64,000 nt of DNA from an uncultured bacterium (lineage in GTDB: Bacteria; CAYUVA01), in NCBI GenBank assembly GCA_964448115.1, contig CAYUVA010000014.1:1-64000 (forward strand). Reading direction: 5' to 3'. The position numbers and the translations under genes were made by a program. This document shows positions 40,655-51,431 of this stretch, piece after piece. The stretch's first letter is position 1. Every line of letters starts with the position of its first letter. The notes beneath the pieces were generated by a model, which ran no database searches, was not told the DNA's origin, and saw only the letters and a list, made by a program, of their open reading frames with translations.

Positions 40655-42310
40655 ATGGGCTGCGACTATATATGGAAATTCGGCGAGCATAAGGGCATCA
40701 AGTGCGCTAGAGAGCCTGTACTAGAGGATGGCAAGTGCTTCTGGCATTCAACGGTGCCTAATAAGATATACCCGGGTGATGCGCCTCCCAAAAGCGAGCT
40801 GCAGGCTCTGGTGGATGAGGGACATAGCCTGGAGGGATTCGTGCTTGTCGATATGGATCTGCGAAATATAAGCCTCAAAGGAGCGAACCTGCGTCGTGCG
40901 CTCTTACGAGAGGCAAGGCTTCATAAATCCAAGTTCACCGAGTGCGATTTCTACCAGGCTGATCTCAGAGGCTCGAAGCTAATCGGCGCCATGTTCAGGC
41001 ACTGCGATCTCACCCTTGCCGACTTCGAGGGTGCAATTATGCAGGAAGCGGATTTTTCAGGCAGCAACCTTTACGAGGCGAATCTGCAGGATGCAGAGCT
41101 TGAGGGCGCCAAGCTGATCGATGTCAACCTTGGCGGTGCAACGCTTATAAACGCAAACCTGTTCGGCACCGACCTGCAATACTCGAACCTTCACGATGCG
41201 ATCTTCGAGAATGCCAACCTGGAATGCGCCAATCTTTCCTATGCGGATCTAAAGGGAGCTGTGCTTTTGAATATCGATTATAATCCGCTGACCTTGATCA
41301 AGGACATGCGCAACCTGGAGCTGGCACACCAGGCGCCGCCTGAATGGCTGAAGGCATTACAGAAGAAAAAGTTCGAGGAGGTGGTTAGCCCCATAAAGTT
41401 CGATAAGAGCCAGATCCCGATGGTGCAGAGATCCATCGCCAACCTGCGCAACGATGATTTGTTCGGCGATAATAACGAATATCGTATCATAAAGAAGATC
41501 GGCAAGGGTGGTTATGCCTTTGTTTATAAGGTCGAAGACCTTACCGACGAAGAGAACCCAATAAAGGCGATCAAGATCCTGGATCCCCACCTGGGAGCTG
41601 ATCAACTCACCATCAAGCGTTTCAAGCAGGAAGGACTCATCGGCAAGAAGGTCAGGAATCCGAGGATCGTGGTTACCTATGATTTCAAATACACCAACAA
41701 GTATGACACCTTCTACCTGATAATGGAGTATGTTCAGGGTACCGATCTGCGGCGAGTGATCCGCAAGTACCAGAAACAAAAGAAGTCCGTGCCTTTTAAG
41801 ATGTGCCTGAGCCTGTTTTACCAGATCTGCCAGGGCTTGAAGGTCGCGCATGCCGAAGGGATTGTGCACCGGGATCTCAAGCCGGGAAACATCCTAATAC
41901 GAACCGATGGAACCGCCGTATTGACCGATTTCGGATTATCGAAGATAACCGCTACCCTGGAGACCTCAATGCACATACAGACCAAGACCGGCACCGTAAT
42001 GGGCACATTCGAGTACATGTCCCCAGAGCATGTAACCAGCATGGATATCGATGAGCGCTCCGATATATATTCACTCGGCGTGGTTATTTATGAGCTATTC
42101 ACCCTGAAAATGCCTTACCAGGGGGACAATCTACTTGCTTGGGTTCATGTAATTCGGGGCAAGAACCCAGAGCCACCATCGAATATCAATCCTGATATCC
42201 CATCTTGGCTGGATAAAATGGTGCTTAAATGCATGGCAAAGAAAGTGAGTGAACGATACCAGACGGTCGATGAGATCATTGCCGATATTAAGGTAAACAT
42301 TAAAAGATAA
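40655..42310 (+). CDS. Pentapeptide-repeat / Hanks-type Ser/Thr protein kinase fusion
   Basis: A(D/N)Lxx pentapeptide tract; GKGGYAFV, AIKIL, HRDLKPGN, DFG, GTFEYMSPE, DIYSLG; no TM segment. Confidence 0.9.
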   Translation: MGCDYIWKFGEHKGIKCAREPVLEDGKCFWHSTVPNKIYPGDAPPKSELQALVDEGHSLEGFVLVDMDLRNISLKGANLRRALLREARLHKSKFTECDFYQADLRGSKLIGAMFRHCDLTLADFEGAIMQEADFSGSNLYEANLQDAELEGAKLIDVNLGGATLINANLFGTDLQYSNLHDAIFENANLECANLSYADLKGAVLLNIDYNPLTLIKDMRNLELAHQAPPEWLKALQKKKFEEVVSPIKFDKSQIPMVQRSIANLRNDDLFGDNNEYRIIKKIGKGGYAFVYKVEDLTDEENPIKAIKILDPHLGADQLTIKRFKQEGLIGKKVRNPRIVVTYDFKYTNKYDTFYLIMEYVQGTDLRRVIRKYQKQKKSVPFKMCLSLFYQICQGLKVAHAEGIVHRDLKPGNILIRTDGTAVLTDFGLSKITATLETSMHIQTKTGTVMGTFEYMSPEHVTSMDIDERSDIYSLGVVIYELFTLKMPYQGDNLLAWVHVIRGKNPEPPSNINPDIPSWLDKMVLKCMAKKVSERYQTVDEIIADIKVNIKR

Positions 42311-42334
42311 TAACAGTAGTGTTGGCTTAAACTA

Positions 42335-43321
42335 ATGGAGGCAAGGCACTATATAAGATTAAACAATGCCAAGGTCAAGTGCACCCTCTGCCCAGTGGAC
42401 TGCGAGATAAAACCCCAAAAAATGGGGATCTGCATGGGAAGGGAGAATCAAGATGGGGTCCTTGTCGCGGTCAACTATGGAAATGCCATAGCGCTTCACC
42501 TGGACCCGGTGGAGAAAAAGCCGCTTTATCACTTCTATCCGGGCAGGGATATACTTTCCATCGGGCAAAACGGCTGCAACCTGCAATGCCCCTTTTGCCA
42601 GAACTGGCAGATAGCAAGGGGAGATGGACGCAAGGGGAATTACATCTCGCCGGAGAAACTGGCATCGATAGCTCTCGATTACGGCTCCATCGGCGTTGCA
42701 TACACCTACACGGAGCCGCTGGTCTGGTTTGAGTATGTGTTCGACTCCGCAAAGCTGATCAGGCAGCAAGGCGGTGTTACCGTCCTGGTAACTAACGGGC
42801 ACCTATACGAGGAGCCATTCAGGGAGATACTAACCGTGATTGATGCGCTCAACATCGATGTCAAGGCATTCGATGAGAGCTTTTATAAACGACAATGCAA
42901 GGGTAAGATGGAGCCTGTATTGCGCAATGTCGAGATAGCTCACAAAATGGGCAAAATGGTCGAGGTAACCTACCTGGTCATCCCCACCTTGAACGACTCG
43001 GAGGATAGGATAATAGAGATGGTCGATTGGCTAAGCGGCATCTCGCCTGACATCCCTCTCCATTTCTCGCGATACTATCCGCAATACAAGGCTTCCTACC
43101 CGCCTACCCCTCCGAGTACCCTGTTTCGCTTCCGGGAAATAGCGCTAAACAAGCTCAACTTCGTCTATACGGGGAATATCGTCGATGTTGAGTCCTCGAC
43201 CACCTACTGCCCCAAATGCCAAAGCGCTTTGATCAGGCGAAATGGCTATACTACAAAGGTGGTTGGGCTGGAGGGGAATCGCTGTACCAACTGCCACGCA
43301 CAGATACACATAGTAAATTGA
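42335..43321 (+). CDS. amrS: AmmeMemoRadiSam-system radical SAM enzyme
   Basis: CTLCPVDC, DPVEKKPLYHFYPG, GCNLQCPFCQNW, AYTYTEP, PLHFSRYYP, YTGN, CPKC. Confidence 0.9.
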   Translation: MEARHYIRLNNAKVKCTLCPVDCEIKPQKMGICMGRENQDGVLVAVNYGNAIALHLDPVEKKPLYHFYPGRDILSIGQNGCNLQCPFCQNWQIARGDGRKGNYISPEKLASIALDYGSIGVAYTYTEPLVWFEYVFDSAKLIRQQGGVTVLVTNGHLYEEPFREILTVIDALNIDVKAFDESFYKRQCKGKMEPVLRNVEIAHKMGKMVEVTYLVIPTLNDSEDRIIEMVDWLSGISPDIPLHFSRYYPQYKASYPPTPPSTLFRFREIALNKLNFVYTGNIVDVESSTTYCPKCQSALIRRNGYTTKVVGLEGNRCTNCHAQIHIVN

Positions 43322-44247
43322 AAGCGCTAATCCATATCGATGTCGATGGCAGTTGGGTGATCAAGAGACACCTTGGATATCCCGTTGAATCAGGTGATGA
43401 CAACGATATCCTGATCCAGGATGGATTGCCTAAGATATTGGAGATTTTATATAAGACGGAGACCCTGGCTACATTCTTTGTAATAGGAAGCGACCTTGAG
43501 TCTTCGAGCAGGCGCAAGCTGTTACAGGAAACAGTCTCCGCCGGACACCAGGTAGGCAACCACAGCTATCAGCATCAAGAAGGCTTTTATTACCTGAGTC
43601 CTGGGCAGAAAAAGGCTGATATTATCGCCTGCCATCAGGCTATAAAACAGCACCTCGAGGTGGAGCCGATCATCTTCCGGGCACCTAACTTCGAGCTGGA
43701 TTATGAAACGCTTGCGATATTAAACGAGCTTGGCTACAGGTACGATTCGAGCATCCTTCCCTCCGCTGCCATTCTTCCCTTGAAGCTATTTCATTATCTT
43801 CGATGTAAAAGCCAAACTCGCAGCATGTACCTTGGTGAGCTGGGCAATGCCCTGGCTGCGCGATATCCCTACCACCCAGGCAAAGCCTGCATAAGAGGTA
43901 ACAGCGAGGAATATCTCGATATCATCGAGCTTCCGGTCGCTGTATCCCCTTGTTTCAGGCTTCCGGTCCACCTGTCATATCTAAGGTTGTATTATCGCCT
44001 TGGACTGTGGCGAAGGATGCTGCTTAGCGCGCTAAGGTGGTACAAGAAAAAGGGTTATCCCTTTGTTTTTCTTGTACATTTATCCGATCTGGCGACCAGG
44101 AATCGAGAACCGCAGATCTCCAGTGAACCGGGCAATAGCCTGGATGACCGAGAACGCCAGTCGTTATTCAAAGATTCGCTTGACCTTATTAGACAATACT
44201 TCGAGATCGTTCCAACCAGCATTATCGGCAGCTACATGAACCTATGA
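43318..44247 (+). CDS. Polysaccharide deacetylase family protein
   Basis: TTG start overlapping the amrS stop; IDVD, ATFFVIG, GHQVGNHSYQH, FRAP, YDSS. Confidence 0.85.
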   Translation: MKALIHIDVDGSWVIKRHLGYPVESGDDNDILIQDGLPKILEILYKTETLATFFVIGSDLESSSRRKLLQETVSAGHQVGNHSYQHQEGFYYLSPGQKKADIIACHQAIKQHLEVEPIIFRAPNFELDYETLAILNELGYRYDSSILPSAAILPLKLFHYLRCKSQTRSMYLGELGNALAARYPYHPGKACIRGNSEEYLDIIELPVAVSPCFRLPVHLSYLRLYYRLGLWRRMLLSALRWYKKKGYPFVFLVHLSDLATRNREPQISSEPGNSLDDRERQSLFKDSLDLIRQYFEIVPTSIIGSYMNL

Positions 44248-44254
44248 TCACCAG

Positions 44255-45490
44255 ATGATAACCAGAGAAAGGCACAGTCCGGCGATCGCTGGTATTATTG
44301 CTCTAGCCATGGTAATACGCATAGCATTCCTCGTAATATCAGGGAGCCTTGATGCACCATTATTCAACGCGGATGCCTCCGATTACCACCGGTGGGGTAT
44401 TGATATCAGCAACGGCGAGAGGGTCAATTTCTGGCATCGACCGCCCGGTTATCCTTTTTATATTGCCTTCGTTTATAGGATCTTTGGGGCTGCACCGGCT
44501 CATGTCCGCATATCGCAAGCAATGCTTGCCGGGGTATGCGTGCTTTTGATCCATTTAATTGCGGTCAAGATAGGCAATCGTGGGATCGCACTGTTATCCA
44601 GCCTGCTGTTTGCTATCTATCCCCAGTCGATCATTTACAGTGGTCGTTTGCTTGGAGAAACCCTGTTTACAACTACTTTGCTTATCTCCGTGTGGCTTTG
44701 GCTCTATTTTTGGGTGAACAAGGGATTTATGAGCGGGTTCTTATGCGGTCTATGCTTCGGCATGGCTTACCTGGTCAAGCCCTTTGCAGTGGTTGTTCTT
44801 GCTTCATTGTGTCTCGGAGAAATCATCTTTGGCAGTAAGAGGCTGACTACAATCAAGGGCATGATTTCGGTTGTCGTGGCTTTTTTGATGCTCGTGGCAG
44901 CCTGGACGGCTCGGAACATAATATACTTTGACAGCCCTGCACTGTTGTCCACCTCATCACCTTTGGGAGGTCTGGAGCTGTACAGGTGCAATAATCCATC
45001 ATTTGACGGCTATTATACCAGTATAGAGCCGCTCGGTGATAAAGGGCTATCCCCGCTCCAGTCTGAGCTTCGATATTATAAGCTTGTCTTCGATTATTAC
45101 ATGAGCAAGCCGGGTGCGCTGGCTAAGAACATCATGCTCAAGCTGGGGGGATTTTTTTACCCCTTTGAGCCGCGCTTCGACCCTATTTACGCCACGGTAC
45201 TGGTTATTTCATTGCTTGGGATGCTGCTAGTCATAAGGGACGAGAGATACAGGCAGATCTTTTTTATTATTGCAGCCTTTTTGGCCATTACCATCGTTTA
45301 TTATGGTTTAGCTCGCTTTCGGCTGCCGGTTATGCCATATTTCATAATGCTTTGCTCCACGGCGATCTACCGTCTCGGCGTTCGCTATTGGTTCAGGGCT
45401 TTCGCAGGCTTGATCGCTTTTTTCAACCTGATGCTTTTTCTATTTTCCGACCATGCAAAAAAGATCCTCCAAACCATACTCGGCAATTAA
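44255..45490 (+). CDS. GT-C fold glycosyltransferase (GT39/ArnT-like)
   Basis: DASDY, RPPGYP, GETLF, LVKP, WTARN, ARFRLPVMPY; multiple TM helices. Confidence 0.8.
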   Translation: MITRERHSPAIAGIIALAMVIRIAFLVISGSLDAPLFNADASDYHRWGIDISNGERVNFWHRPPGYPFYIAFVYRIFGAAPAHVRISQAMLAGVCVLLIHLIAVKIGNRGIALLSSLLFAIYPQSIIYSGRLLGETLFTTTLLISVWLWLYFWVNKGFMSGFLCGLCFGMAYLVKPFAVVVLASLCLGEIIFGSKRLTTIKGMISVVVAFLMLVAAWTARNIIYFDSPALLSTSSPLGGLELYRCNNPSFDGYYTSIEPLGDKGLSPLQSELRYYKLVFDYYMSKPGALAKNIMLKLGGFFYPFEPRFDPIYATVLVISLLGMLLVIRDERYRQIFFIIAAFLAITIVYYGLARFRLPVMPYFIMLCSTAIYRLGVRYWFRAFAGLIAFFNLMLFLFSDHAKKILQTILGN

Positions 45491-45648
45491 CGATAGGCAA
45501 CTGGCAACGCTAGTAACCATTGATATCTACATACACAACTGCTATACATGCGATGTGAACCAGGCTATGGTGCAGATCCTGATGCGAAACATCGCTGATA
45601 TGTTGCATCTTCAACATCAATCCCAATAAATAAAAGGAGAACATTGCA

Positions 45649-46470
45649 ATGAAGAAAGCATCGGTTGTGCATGTTGCAATCTATGCCTTGATTGTTTGCC
45701 TTTTTGCCGTGGTCGTAGCGCAAGAGCAAAAGCTGATCACTTGCGCGATGTGCTCTAAGCCATGCGATGTTAATAGCATGGTGCAAGTCAGGCTTAAAGA
45801 CGCCGATCCCATGAACACCTGCTCCATTCGCTGCGCCGTGATGCTGGCTGGGAAGCTCAAGGCTGATGGTAAAAACCTCGAAGGTCTGGTTGCCCGCGAC
45901 TTTGATAGCAAAGAAAAGTTCGATGCCTCCGAGGGGTATTACTTCGAGCCTGCCGATGGCAAACCAAACCAGGTGATAGCCTTCAAGGACAAGAAAAAAG
46001 CAAAGGCATGGGCAGCTACACATAAGGGCGAGCTTCTCTCCTTCCAGGAGATCCAAAGATCATGTTCTCCACAGGCGCTGGGACCTGGTAAAAGACATGG
46101 AGAGCAGCACGGAAAGCAGATAAAGCAAGCCCATGGCTGCGGGACGGTGCAGAAAGACGGCTTTGAGATGCTATTTGTTTTCCATCGCACAATGTGTACC
46201 ATGCACCATGCTTTGCTGGAGAAGAAGATGGATACCTTCAAGGCTGAACTTGGGGAACTGCACAAGAAAGCCCACAACATGGCTGTGTCCGATGCGCCTA
46301 GATCATTGGATGATAAGGGAAAAGAAAAGTTCATCCAGATGGCAAAGGAGCTTGAAAAAAAGATAGTTACCCTGAAAAGCAACCTGGATGACAAGAGCTA
46401 CGAGCAAATAGAACAAGACTTCTACCAGGTGCATAAACAGTATCGTGCCATGGTTGCAGAGTTTAAATAA
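45649..46470 (+). CDS. Secreted NosL-like metal-binding protein with His/Cys-rich linker and helical C-terminal domain
   Basis: AGGAG RBS, signal peptide; CAMC, TCSIRCA, VIAFKDKKKAKAWAATHKGELLSF (NosL-like); FHRTMCTMHH. Confidence 0.6.
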   Translation: MKKASVVHVAIYALIVCLFAVVVAQEQKLITCAMCSKPCDVNSMVQVRLKDADPMNTCSIRCAVMLAGKLKADGKNLEGLVARDFDSKEKFDASEGYYFEPADGKPNQVIAFKDKKKAKAWAATHKGELLSFQEIQRSCSPQALGPGKRHGEQHGKQIKQAHGCGTVQKDGFEMLFVFHRTMCTMHHALLEKKMDTFKAELGELHKKAHNMAVSDAPRSLDDKGKEKFIQMAKELEKKIVTLKSNLDDKSYEQIEQDFYQVHKQYRAMVAEFK

Positions 46471-46500
46471 ATCGGCGAAAGAGCGCCTGGTAAATCATCC

Positions 46501-46725
46501 TTAACCAGGGCTGGCATTCGGAGAGGAAGCATTTAACAAGACTATTCCCAGTAACACAACTACTATTCCGATTACCTGGGTAAGATTATACGGCTCTGCA
46601 AATTGGATATTTACTACCATGCCGGTCAACCACACGATGAACCTTCCCCTGCAGCGCCATATTTCATCAGCGCCATTGCAGTCCAGTAGGGATAGTATGC
46701 GAGGATGCCTGGAATGATGCTCATC
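46501..46725 (-). pseudogene. Frameshifted C-terminal fragment of an EamA/DMT transporter
   Basis: SIIPGILAYYPYWTAMALMKYGAA in one frame, then GMVVNIQFAEPYNLTQVIGIVVVLLGIVLLN in another. Confidence 0.4.
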
Positions 46726-46769
46726 TGATGGGGAATATTGGTGAAGCGATGAAGTATGCTCTGGCAATC

Positions 46770-47531
46770 TTAATCAATTTTAGCTACATCAGAATAAAGC
46801 GCTTTATTGATGACATCCTTGTATATCTCCTGGTAGGCAGGTTGGGGCAATTTTCTGGACAGCTTCACATCGGTCAGCTTGTTGACGAGCCATTCCCACA
46901 GCCTCGGCTTGCTCGAAGCACTCGCAAGATAGCTATTTATCGCCATCAGGGTCTTTATCGCGCGCTTTTTAGTCATCCCATCGAAGATATCCTCAGGATT
47001 CAATAGCCTAATATCACCGCCGGGTTTCTCCAAGTCCAAAAATAGGTCGTAGATGCGGTTTAGCAATGGATTGCTTCTCACCTTAAAGTTATTTAGCTTT
47101 TGCTTGATCCCGCCTAATATAATCCTCTCTTTTTTTTGAAGGTATATAACTCTAAGGAAGGTTAGCAGGGCAATGGTATCAAAGAATATATCATCGAAGA
47201 AGAAGGTCGCCATATTAAGCAGCATCACTACCGGGGTGATGATGCACAGGCTTTTTATCACACTCCTGCCCAGGTTGTTGAATCTCTGGCGTTCCTCAAG
47301 TTTTCCTATGAATTGTTCCTTGATGTGCTCGGTTATCTTATCCTTTACAGCATCATAGACCTCGAAGGTGATCTCGCCAGCCATCCCCTTTTGAAGCAGC
47401 TCCTTCTCGTCATAGATGCTGATCACGCAGTAATCGCTGGGATTACCGGAAAATGGCACCACATAGACCGTATCCTCAAGTACCGTATTGACCGGTTCTT
47501 TCTCGAAGCTAATTTCCTTGAACTCAACCAT
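46770..47531 (-). CDS. Hypothetical protein with two predicted TM helices
   Basis: About 253-aa ORF with hydrophobic segments SLCIITPVVMLLNMATFFF and IFFDTIALLTFLRVIYL. Confidence 0.55.
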   Translation of the reverse strand: MVEFKEISFEKEPVNTVLEDTVYVVPFSGNPSDYCVISIYDEKELLQKGMAGEITFEVYDAVKDKITEHIKEQFIGKLEERQRFNNLGRSVIKSLCIITPVVMLLNMATFFFDDIFFDTIALLTFLRVIYLQKKERIILGGIKQKLNNFKVRSNPLLNRIYDLFLDLEKPGGDIRLLNPEDIFDGMTKKRAIKTLMAINSYLASASSKPRLWEWLVNKLTDVKLSRKLPQPAYQEIYKDVINKALYSDVAKID

Positions 47532-47769
47532 GTTTATTAATTTATACTTTATAGAGAGTGAATACAAGATTTTTTCAATGTTTTATTATTACTTGTTTTC
47601 TTTGCCACTTCGCAACTTTTTATCCTGCCAGACAACGGCAAGGCGATTGGCGAGTCAGACTCCGCATTCACTAGGCTTGATGCCCGGTCTGATGAATCGG
47701 TAATCAGGAGATATCATTTCAGGCTCTGTCTATTCAACGACTAAGATTGTTTTTACAATACAGCAAACT

Positions 47770-48114
47770 TCATCGATGCTCTTTGATTATTACCTTGAGT
47801 TGTTCAATCAATTTAGGGAGATCACTATTTATAATTTTCCATAAAATATCAAGATCAATCGCGTCATAGCCATGTATTAATTTATTTCTAAATCCTATAA
47901 TCTGGCGCCAAGGCACATTAGGATACATTGTACGGAATTCGTATGGAACTCTTGAAGCAGCCTCACCTATAACTTCCATTATCCTAACCAGCGCTAGGTT
48001 CAATACTCTATTGGAGTCTAGATCTGAACGAGAAAGATTTGAAGCAAGTTTAAAGCCTTCTTTTGCATAATCAAGCATGTGATGAATATAAATTATTGGA
48101 TTATGCCGTGTCAT
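47770..48114 (-). CDS. hepT: HEPN (DUF86/HepT-like) ribonuclease toxin
   Basis: EVIGEAA, PWRQIIGFRNKLIHGY (R-x4-H-x-Y). Confidence 0.88.
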   Translation of the reverse strand: MTRHNPIIYIHHMLDYAKEGFKLASNLSRSDLDSNRVLNLALVRIMEVIGEAASRVPYEFRTMYPNVPWRQIIGFRNKLIHGYDAIDLDILWKIINSDLPKLIEQLKVIIKEHR

Positions 48115-48412
48115 AGATCACCTTTGCTTCATTTAATATTTCTTTCTTAAAATATGGACTCAAAAAACCAGGGGTATTTAGATCTACTTTTCTGCCTAGA
48201 AGTTCAGATAATTCATCTTGAATATCGAAAAAATCCAGACCCGGAATATGCTCCGGCTCGAATTCAACTAGAACATCAATATCACTATGCGAGCCAAAAT
48301 CATCTCTTATTACTGATCCGAACAAGGACAACTTTCTGATGTGATGCTTCTGACAAAACTTGGCGATCTTATCTTGAGAAATATTAACCTTTGATCCATC
48401 ATCCAAAACCAT
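48101..48412 (-). CDS. mntA: Minimal nucleotidyltransferase antitoxin (MNT)
   Basis: LFGSVIRDDFGSHSDIDVLVEF, LGRKVDL; overlaps the HEPN gene. Confidence 0.88.
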   Translation of the reverse strand: MVLDDGSKVNISQDKIAKFCQKHHIRKLSLFGSVIRDDFGSHSDIDVLVEFEPEHIPGLDFFDIQDELSELLGRKVDLNTPGFLSPYFKKEILNEAKVIYDTA

Positions 48413-48591
48413 GCCTGTAACCTATATTATTTATTTTATCGTATCAGAATCATTTTTCAAGAAATCAACATATTTCTTTGTGATATACTCTTTCCATGAT
48501 TATCAAGTAGTGCTAATATAAAATGTTAATTTTGGCTGGTGCAACCAACCTTATGCCCAAGGGCACAATGAAATACAAGGAGTGAAACTAG

Positions 48592-51387
48592 ATGGACTAC
48601 AAGAAAACACTGAACCTTCCCAGGACTGACTTCCCCATGAAGGCACAGCTTGCGCAGAGGGAGCCGGAGATCATAGAGCATTGGAATAAAGATAATATCT
48701 ACCGCAAGATCAGGAGCAAATACAGCGGAAGGCAGAAGTTCATTCTCCATGACGGTCCACCTTACGCCAACGGTCATATACATCTGGGAACCGCCTTAAA
48801 CAAGATACTCAAGGATATCGTTGTCAAGTACAAGACCATGAAGGGCTTCGACTCGCCCTATATTCCAGGTTGGGACTGCCATGGGTTGCCAATCGAGCAT
48901 GAGGTGGAAAAGATGCTCAATAAGCAAGGCAAGTCCCTGGATAGAACTGGATTTCGCGAGGAATGCCGAAAATACGCGCTCAAGTTCATAGATATACAAC
49001 GCCGGGAATTTATGCGCCTTGGCGTCTTGGGCGATTGGTTCAATCCATACATTACCATGATGCCGCAGTACGAGGCGGTCGTGGTCGAGGAGTTCCAGAA
49101 TTTTCTCCACCAGGGGTACATCTATAGCGGATTCAAGCCGATCCACTGGTGCTCAACCTGCAAGACCGCGCTCGCCGAGGCTGAGGTCGAGTATAGTGAC
49201 AAGACCTCCCCTTCCATCTATGTGCGCTTCAGGGTGGCTGATGAGATAGCCAAGGTCATCCCTCAATTGCAAGGCAAACAGGTCTATGTGATCATCTGGA
49301 CTACGACCCCCTGGACCCTGCCCGCCAATCTCGCCGTGGCTGTGCATCCAACGCTCGATTATACTGTCTTCGAGGCAGACGGCGCCTATTACATCGTAGC
49401 AGCGGACCTGCTCAAGGACACGGTCAATGCCATCGGCTTCGAGAATTATAAAGAGATTACGCTAATAAAGGGAGCTGTTTTCGAGGGAATTGGTACTTAT
49501 CACCCCTGGATCGACCGCATATCTCCGTTCGTGCTTGCCGATTATGTTACCCTGGAACAGGGCACCGGCTGCGTTCACACCGCGCCGGGACACGGGCAGG
49601 AAGACTACGAGACCGGCAGGAAATATGGTCTGGATATCTACAACCCTGTCGATGGCGAGGGCAATTTTACCGATGATGTAGAGCACTTCGCTGGGATGAA
49701 TGTGTGGAAGGCGAACCGGCTTATAAATGATTTCATGCGAAAGAACGGTTCACTACTCGCCGAAAGCGAGATAACCCATAGCTACCCTCATTGTTGGCGC
49801 TGCAAGCAACCCGTGTTATTCAGGGCGACAAAGCAGTGGTTTATAAATATTGATGCTAATAATCTCAGGGAGCGCGCCCTGGATGAGATCGAGAAAGCCC
49901 GCTGGATACCTGCCTGGGGACAAAAACGAATTTATGCCATGGTGCAAGGCAGACCCGACTGGTGCATCTCAAGACAGCGGCTCTGGGGAGTGCCTATTAC
50001 CATCATCTACTGCAAGGATTGCCATCAGATGGTGATCGATAAGCAAACCTCGGATAAGATAGTAAAAGAGGTCAGGGAACATGGTATCGGGATCTGGTTC
50101 AAACGCTGTGCTAAAGACTTCCTCCCTGATGGCTATAGATGCTCCAAGTGCGGCAGCGCTGATTTTGCGAAGGAAGAGGATATCATCGATGTCTGGTTCG
50201 AGTCTGGTGTAAGCCATGCTGCCGTGCTTTTACCTAGTAAAGACCTCACCTGGCCTTGCGATCTCTATCTCGAGGGTAGCGACCAGCATCGCGGTTGGTT
50301 CAACAGCAGCCTGATGTGCGCGGTCGCCTGCGAAGGTAAAGCGCCATATCACCAGGTGCTCACCCACGGCTATGTGGTTACCGGCGAGGGATTTAAGATG
50401 TCCAAATCGCTGGGCAATGCCATTGCACCAGAGGAGATCATAAATGTTTACGGAGCAGATATACTCAGGCTATGGGTCGCTGCCGAGGATTACCAGGAGG
50501 ATATAAGGATCTCAAAGTCGATCGTAGAGCAATGTGCTGATGCCTACCGCAGGATAAGGAACACTGCTCGCTTTATACTGGGCAACCTGTATGACTTTGA
50601 CCCTGTAAAAGATACTCCAGAGTGCAATTGCCTGCATGATATCGATTACTGGATACTAGGCGAGCTAAACGAGCTTATCGAGGAGGTGGACAGAGCTTAC
50701 GATGACTATCAGTTCCATGTCGTGTATCACAAGATCCACAACTTCTGCACTGTTCAGCTAAGCTCATTATATCTGGATATACTAAAAGATCGACTTTACA
50801 CCACCAAGCCGGATAGCATTGACCGACGCTCAGCCCAGTACGCCCTATTCGAGATACTAAAGGCTCTCACTCGTATGATAGCGCCGATAACATCCATGAC
50901 CGCTGAGGAGATCTGGAGCCATATCCACAAGATCGACCCTAGGCTCGAAACCAGCGTTCACCTGGATAGCTTCCCAGAGACCTTGGATCACTTCCTGGAT
51001 GAGGAAAGGCTTAATCGGTGGAGGGAATTCCTTAAGGTGCGCGAGGAGCTGACCAAGGCGATGGAAAGGGCAAGGGCAAAGAAGATAATCGGACATCCTC
51101 TCGATGCAGCGGTGGATATCTATGCTGGTAAAGAGACTTATGATAAGCTGCGCGACTTTGAGATGCGGTTGGCAACATACCTTATCGCATCGGATGCGAG
51201 CCTGAAACGATTAGAGGAGCTCGATGGTGAACCGACTCTGAAGAGCGAGGTATTCCAAGACCTGGCGGTTATCGTCAGGCGTGCTGAAGGGTTAAAGTGC
51301 GAGCGCTGCTGGATAATCTCACCGACCGTGGGAGCTGATAAAAGACACCCAACTATATGCTCGCGATGCGCTAGCACCCTGGAATAG
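48592..51387 (+). CDS. ileS: Isoleucyl-tRNA synthetase (type 1)
   Basis: [57 protein letters not shown]-terminal CERC..CSRC. Confidence 0.97.
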   Translation: MDYKKTLNLPRTDFPMKAQLAQREPEIIEHWNKDNIYRKIRSKYSGRQKFILHDGPPYANGHIHLGTALNKILKDIVVKYKTMKGFDSPYIPGWDCHGLPIEHEVEKMLNKQGKSLDRTGFREECRKYALKFIDIQRREFMRLGVLGDWFNPYITMMPQYEAVVVEEFQNFLHQGYIYSGFKPIHWCSTCKTALAEAEVEYSDKTSPSIYVRFRVADEIAKVIPQLQGKQVYVIIWTTTPWTLPANLAVAVHPTLDYTVFEADGAYYIVAADLLKDTVNAIGFENYKEITLIKGAVFEGIGTYHPWIDRISPFVLADYVTLEQGTGCVHTAPGHGQEDYETGRKYGLDIYNPVDGEGNFTDDVEHFAGMNVWKANRLINDFMRKNGSLLAESEITHSYPHCWRCKQPVLFRATKQWFINIDANNLRERALDEIEKARWIPAWGQKRIYAMVQGRPDWCISRQRLWGVPITIIYCKDCHQMVIDKQTSDKIVKEVREHGIGIWFKRCAKDFLPDGYRCSKCGSADFAKEEDIIDVWFESGVSHAAVLLPSKDLTWPCDLYLEGSDQHRGWFNSSLMCAVACEGKAPYHQVLTHGYVVTGEGFKMSKSLGNAIAPEEIINVYGADILRLWVAAEDYQEDIRISKSIVEQCADAYRRIRNTARFILGNLYDFDPVKDTPECNCLHDIDYWILGELNELIEEVDRAYDDYQFHVVYHKIHNFCTVQLSSLYLDILKDRLYTTKPDSIDRRSAQYALFEILKALTRMIAPITSMTAEEIWSHIHKIDPRLETSVHLDSFPETLDHFLDEERLNRWREFLKVREELTKAMERARAKKIIGHPLDAAVDIYAGKETYDKLRDFEMRLATYLIASDASLKRLEELDGEPTLKSEVFQDLAVIVRRAEGLKCERCWIISPTVGADKRHPTICSRCASTLE

Positions 51388-51431
51388 AATCGAGGATGGA
51401 TTGTATTATAAATACCTAAAGGAAGGGTGGG

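Noticed and set aside
43216-43317. Extended start for the deacetylase
   Set aside because: Overlaps amrS by 100 nt; TTG 43318 coupled to the amrS stop fits the domain start
45575-45610. Hairpin with ctgatgcgaaac upstream of the NosL-like gene as ribozyme or riboswitch
   Set aside because: No complete hammerhead core or recognisable aptamer; only a simple stem
47625-47720. CTGATGA-containing structured stretch as a hammerhead ribozyme
   Set aside because: No GAAA core after a stem II and no cleavage-site pairing found
48772-48795. HLGT instead of HIGH in IleRS as a resistance variant
   Set aside because: Within ordinary variation of type 1 IleRS signature motifs; no other support
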